From Camelus ferus (Eukaryota), in the NCBI RefSeq assembly GCF_009834535.1, contig NC_045707.1, positions 52,950,001-53,014,000 of the forward strand: DNA of 64,000 bases, read 5' to 3'. The notes under the pieces were generated by a model, which was not told the DNA's origin, made no database searches, and saw only the letters and a list, made by a program, of their open reading frames with translations. The first letter of the stretch is position 1. Each line of letters starts with the position of its first letter. The translations under genes and the position numbers were made by a program. Positions 59,831-64,000 of the stretch are shown piece after piece.

Positions 59831-60790
59831 ATTCTCATTTGTGTCTGATTCTGGCCTCCTGGGTGAGCTGGGACCGGTGGGCGCCCATTCCGCCCACCGT
59901 GCGGTGAGTTCACAAGGGCGCTTCCAGCTTCGAGTTCCTCCCGTTGGGAGTCCTCAGATGTGTGCGCCCCCGGCCCTTCAGGCTGCAGGTTCACTTGTTC
60001 CCAGGTGTCTTCTCTGGGGCTGCTGCTTCTTCTGGTCACCTTCCCGTGCACGGCTGAGGCAGGCGGTCCTGGTTTGAGGTGTCCGGTGTGACCCCACGGA
60101 GGCCTCTCACCTGTGCACGGGTGTCAGGGTTCACTGCGGCCCCAGGACCCTCCTGTGTGGCCCTAATAACGTTTGTGAGGCTTCTTCCTCCTTGAAAGGG
60201 CCTCCCGCTGGTGTGTGCCATGCCCTCTCTGTTGGGATGGTTCCATGTGTGCGGAGGGTGGGGTGCCAGGCCGGGCCAGGTCCCCACGTGTTACTCCCGG
60301 ACATGGAACGTGGAAGCAGCCGTCTTGGCTGCGGGGCTGCTGCGCGTCTGTGAGGCCGACCACCTGCCAAGCTGCCCTGCCACGTGCCCAGTCCTCGTCA
60401 TCATTCTGTCTGTCCTCCGGGCCCTTCTGGTCGCAGATGACAGGAAGCAGCTCTGGTCAACTAAGCCAAGTCCAGGAAAGGGATGATCGGAGGCTGTGAA
60501 GTCGTAGATAAACGGAAAACTCGTTGTTCGGATCTAGGGAAGAGGGTGTTAGTCACGTTCTCCTGATCGTCTTTGTTGGGAGGAGCCTTCCTGGCTGTTT
60601 CACGGGCTGGTGTCATTGGCTGACGGCCCCGTGTCCGGGCAGCGGGTCCGCAGGGCCTGGTTGAGTCAGGCCTCCTGACTCAGCCTCACAGGAGGAGAAC
60701 AGAGGTGTTCATGCAGAAAAGGGTGTGGATCAGGGGAAAGAATATTTGTCATATGAGGGCTTTGCCTAATTGTGGTTCATCCCTTTTAAA

Positions 60791-60916
60791 CATATGTATA
60801 TAATTTGCCTTATTTTACTTTATTTATTTACTTTTTAATGGAGGTCCTGGGAATTGAACCCAGGACTCCATGCACGCTAAGCATGTGCTGCACCCCTGAG
60901 CTGTACTCGCCACCCC
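60791..60916 (-). mobile_element. tRNA-derived SINE
   Basis: SINE head on the minus strand; near-perfect flanking repeat ggttcatcccttttaaa (60774) / ggttcaccccttttaaa (60922). Confidence 0.85.
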
Positions 60917-61354
60917 GCACCGGTTCACCCCTTTTAAAAACAAAGGTAATTCAAGTCCCACTCGTCCCAGCACCCAGCGCCCAGCTGGGTCTGGAAAGAC
61001 AGCTAAGGTGGATTCCTCCCAAAGGATTTCCAGTGTGTCGTGTTCTAAGCGTGTTAGAGAGACATCCAGACAGAAGAGAAAAGTTCTGCTGCCCGACACC
61101 GGGTAGAGAGGTGGCAGGACTTCAGAGAAGGCAGGGAGTGCTTTGTCAGCCTGAGAAAATGGGAGGGCCGAGCAAGGGTGTCCTCCGTCACGTAATAAAC
61201 ATATTTTAAGGAGAAGGTCCTCACTAAAAATGCCCCCAAGCCACGGGCTGCAGGAGGTGCTGGTTGACACATGTCGATGGGACTCACCGCGGTGGCCCTG
61301 GTACCCCCGGGGCCCGTCCATGGTGTGTGGAGTCTGGGTGCTGACCCCCGTGGA

Positions 61355-61792
61355 TGCCGCATCCTTTTCTGTAAGGGACTTGAGCGTCCACGGATTTGGG
61401 GTCCACAGACAGGTGCCATTTTTCCGACAGCATTTGCTCACTTTGTGTCTCTGCATCACATTTTGATAATTCTCGCCATGTTTCAGAACTTTCAAACAAA
61501 TTCTGTTTGCTGTGGTGATCTGTGGTCCATGATCTTTGATGTTACTGTTGTAAAAATATTACCACTCGCTAAAAGCCCAGTTGATGTTTAGCATTTTTTT
61601 TGGCAATAAAGTATCTTTTAATTAAGTTAAATTATCTTTTTAGACATAATACTGTTACACCCTTCAGTGCAGTGTAAACATAACTTTTACGTGCACTTGG
61701 AAACCAGAAAGTTCATGTGACTCGCTTTGTTGCAATACTTGCTTTCTTGGGGTGTCTGGACCCGAGCCCACTGTCTGCAGGGTCAGCCTATA
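61355..61792. mobile_element. Tigger (TcMar) DNA transposon remnant
   Basis: aagggacttgagcgtccacggattt.. and gccatttttccgacagcatttgctcactttgtgtctctg.. cagtgtaaacataacttttacgtgcact..aaaccagaaa.ttcatgtgactcgcttt match Tigger-type motifs as recalled. Confidence 0.7.
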
Positions 61793-62772
61793 CTTCTGCT
61801 CCTTAGCAGTGAACACCAGAGAAGTCTCAGTGCTTATCTCAGGAAACCTGTCCACGATGCGTGGTCTTAAAAATTAATTCCCGCTCACAAGGCATAGCGA
61901 TAGATCAAGGGAAAATTAAGATTATTTCTCTGAGACTTCTGTGTCATGGCCATATTAACTGAGAAGTGAACCAAGTTTAATCAGGGTGGGCCCTGGAGAC
62001 AGTCCCAGAGCATCAGAAATCACTGCTGGCAAAGTCAAGCTGGTCAACAGGAAGCGTAATGAGAGGTCCATTCCGTGTGAGCCGCGTCCTCCCACCAGCT
62101 TGTCCCGGAGCCTGGGCTCCCGCAGACACAGCCTCTCAGGCCCGGGACTTCCTGCCTCCCTGCCCGGGTCCTCCTGCCGCAGGGAGAGTGCCCGCCCCCG
62201 GGGCTCACTGCCCTGTAACAGAGCACTTTTAACTCTTGGTTCTCTTCGAGATCTTGCTCCAGGACCAGAGGAAATGGCCACATTGCTGTCATATGAGCTC
62301 GGGGCTGTGAGGACAGCGGCTGGAGTTTGGCCAGGTGGAGCCGGCTCGTGACAATAGAGGCTTTGATGACCGGAGAGGTTCCGGATCCCGGGATCCTGGA
62401 CGGCAGAGACTCAGAGGACGGGCCAGTCTACTTTCATTGGGAATAAAGGTGGTTTGGTCAGGGTTACAGTCTTGGAGCATTCTCTGTCTCACTGTCAGCG
62501 TCCTGCTTGGGGTCATGAATCCCTGAGGACCAGGAGGGTCCAGCCGCAGCCCCACGTGGCCACTGCCCGCCTTTCCTGCGTCTGGAGCCTGGCTTCCGGC
62601 AGCAATGCTCCTGGGACAGTCCCTGCAGCCGGAGGCCCCGGCCACAGCATCCTCAGTCCGTGTGTGCAGAGGTCTCCTTGCTGGGGAAGCTGCGTTTGCT
62701 CCCTGTCCCCGTGGAGACCCGGAGTGACAGTGACAGCATTGTGTCGTGTCTCAGGACTAAAAAGGATGTCTC

Positions 62773-62895
62773 GGGGGTAGGGGAGGATAGCTTAGCAGTA
62801 GAGCATGTGCTTAGCATGCAGGAGGTCTTGGGCTCAATCCCTGGCACCTCTATTAAATAAGTAATAGTAATAATAATAATAAACATTTTAAAAGT
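62773..62895 (+). mobile_element. tRNA-derived SINE with (AAT)n tail
   Basis: ggggaggatagcttagcagtagagcatgtgcttagcatgcaggaggtcttgggctcaatccctggcacctc. Confidence 0.85.
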
Positions 62896-63742
62896 AAAGT
62901 GGGCGTCCCCCTGTGCCATCTCACTCATGTCCCACAATGCTGGAGGCGGCCTTCATCCTCATCGTCCTCTCTTCCGGATGCACAGACGGACCTCAGGAGA
63001 CGCTGCTCCGCTGCTCGGCTCTCGGAGCAGGTGAGAAAGGAGCGGAGCTGACATTCAGACCGGTCCCGGGATTTCGGGTCCCCTGCCCTGATTTCCTAGT
63101 TATATTTAAAAGCACAACTGTTGTACTTGGCTTTGTACGAACTTATTTACAACACATATACCCAATTCTGTTTCATCTCCCTTTAAACACAAGCACTTTT
63201 ATTTTGAAATAGTTTTCAAATGTCAGCAGTATCACTCGGTGGTGTTGTCAGGTCTTGACTGTGTTGGGTCTGAGTGGACCCTGCTCAGCTCAGAGAGATC
63301 CCCACGGCTATGAGCATCTACGGCCAAGCTCTGCTCTTTCCTGGGTTCTAACTGCGGTGAGAAGAGGCTCCCTATTTTATGATGCCATTTTCTTGACACA
63401 GTTTTGTCTGAGTTTGAAAATATTTGCAAGTTGGGGACTTCTTTGATCAAAAAGTTAAAGTTATAATTGAAATTTTTTTAGTTACACTGTTTTCATTTTA
63501 ATAGTTTTGTGTTGTCTGTTGTTACGTGGGTCATCAGACCCTGACAGGTGGATCTGTCAAGACAGTTAATCAGCGCTTCTGCTGTTAGGTAGCTCGACGG
63601 CTTCAGAAATTCTCTGGGTCAGTAGTTTTCAGTGGGGCTAGAACTGTTCTCCAAGGAGCCACTGGGAACTTGTGGGCATTTTTTGTTACCTGGATGGTTT
63701 TGAGTGCATAGATATGGAGTTGGCTAGGGCTGGGGTGCTGAA

Positions 63743-64000
63743 TGGGACCGGGGGTGCTGGATGAGACCAGGGATGCTGGGTGGGACCAGGGATGCTGGGT
63801 TGGGACCAGGGATGCTGAGTGGGACCAGGGATGCTGAGTGGGACCAGGGATGCTGAGTGGGACCAGGGGTGCTGGATGAGACCAGGGGTGCTGGATGAGA
63901 CCAGGGGTGCTGGATGAGACCAGGGATGCTGAGTGGGACCAGGGATGCTGGGTGGGACCAGGGATGCTGGGTGGGACCAGGGATTCTGGGTGGGACCAGA
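63743..64000. repeat. 19-bp G-rich minisatellite (TGGGACCAGGGATGCTGGG), at least 13 copies, reaching the window edge
   Basis: Directly visible; variant units end GAG, GGA or GGG and start TGGG or TGAG. Confidence 0.97.

Noticed and set aside
60824..61495. 223-aa minus-strand ORF
   Set aside because: Runs across Tigger and SINE remnants; a chance composite with no domain signature.
45897..64000. LIMS1 LIM-domain exons or alternative first coding exons
   Set aside because: I found no CxxC..HxxC LIM-coding segment or NMANALA exon; the remainder appears to be intron 1.

Overview
Mammalian genomic DNA, probably from a camelid or other cetartiodactyl (inferred from a tRNA-derived SINE family and an artiodactyl-type L1 3' end). 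The left half holds 19 coding exons of GCC2 (golgin GCC185) on the + strand, 2753-32142. All introns are GT-AG and phase-consistent; the spliced length is 4842 nt (1613 aa plus stop), the N-terminal exons lie upstream of the window, and the gene ends in the GRIP domain. A 3' UTR follows, then a repeat-rich intergenic stretch, a CpG-island promoter and the first coding exon of LIMS1/PINCH1 (MLGVAAGMTN.., 45865-45896); the rest is LIMS1 intron 1. I found no prokaryotic-type system (no CRISPR, no operon), and most short ORFs in the track are noise or decayed LINE-1. The most interesting signal is a patchy AT-to-GC shift seen in GCC2 codons, in its protein sequence (including the Rab6-binding and GRIP region) and in neutral repeats, which suggests strong GC-biased gene conversion. 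Also notable: tandem duplications of splice signals in front of two exons, a 148-bp unexplained insert with a target-site duplication inside a MER33-like element, and a G-rich minisatellite apparently seeded from a MER20-like element. Repeat family names and comparisons with human sequence are from memory and need database confirmation; repeat boundaries are approximate.
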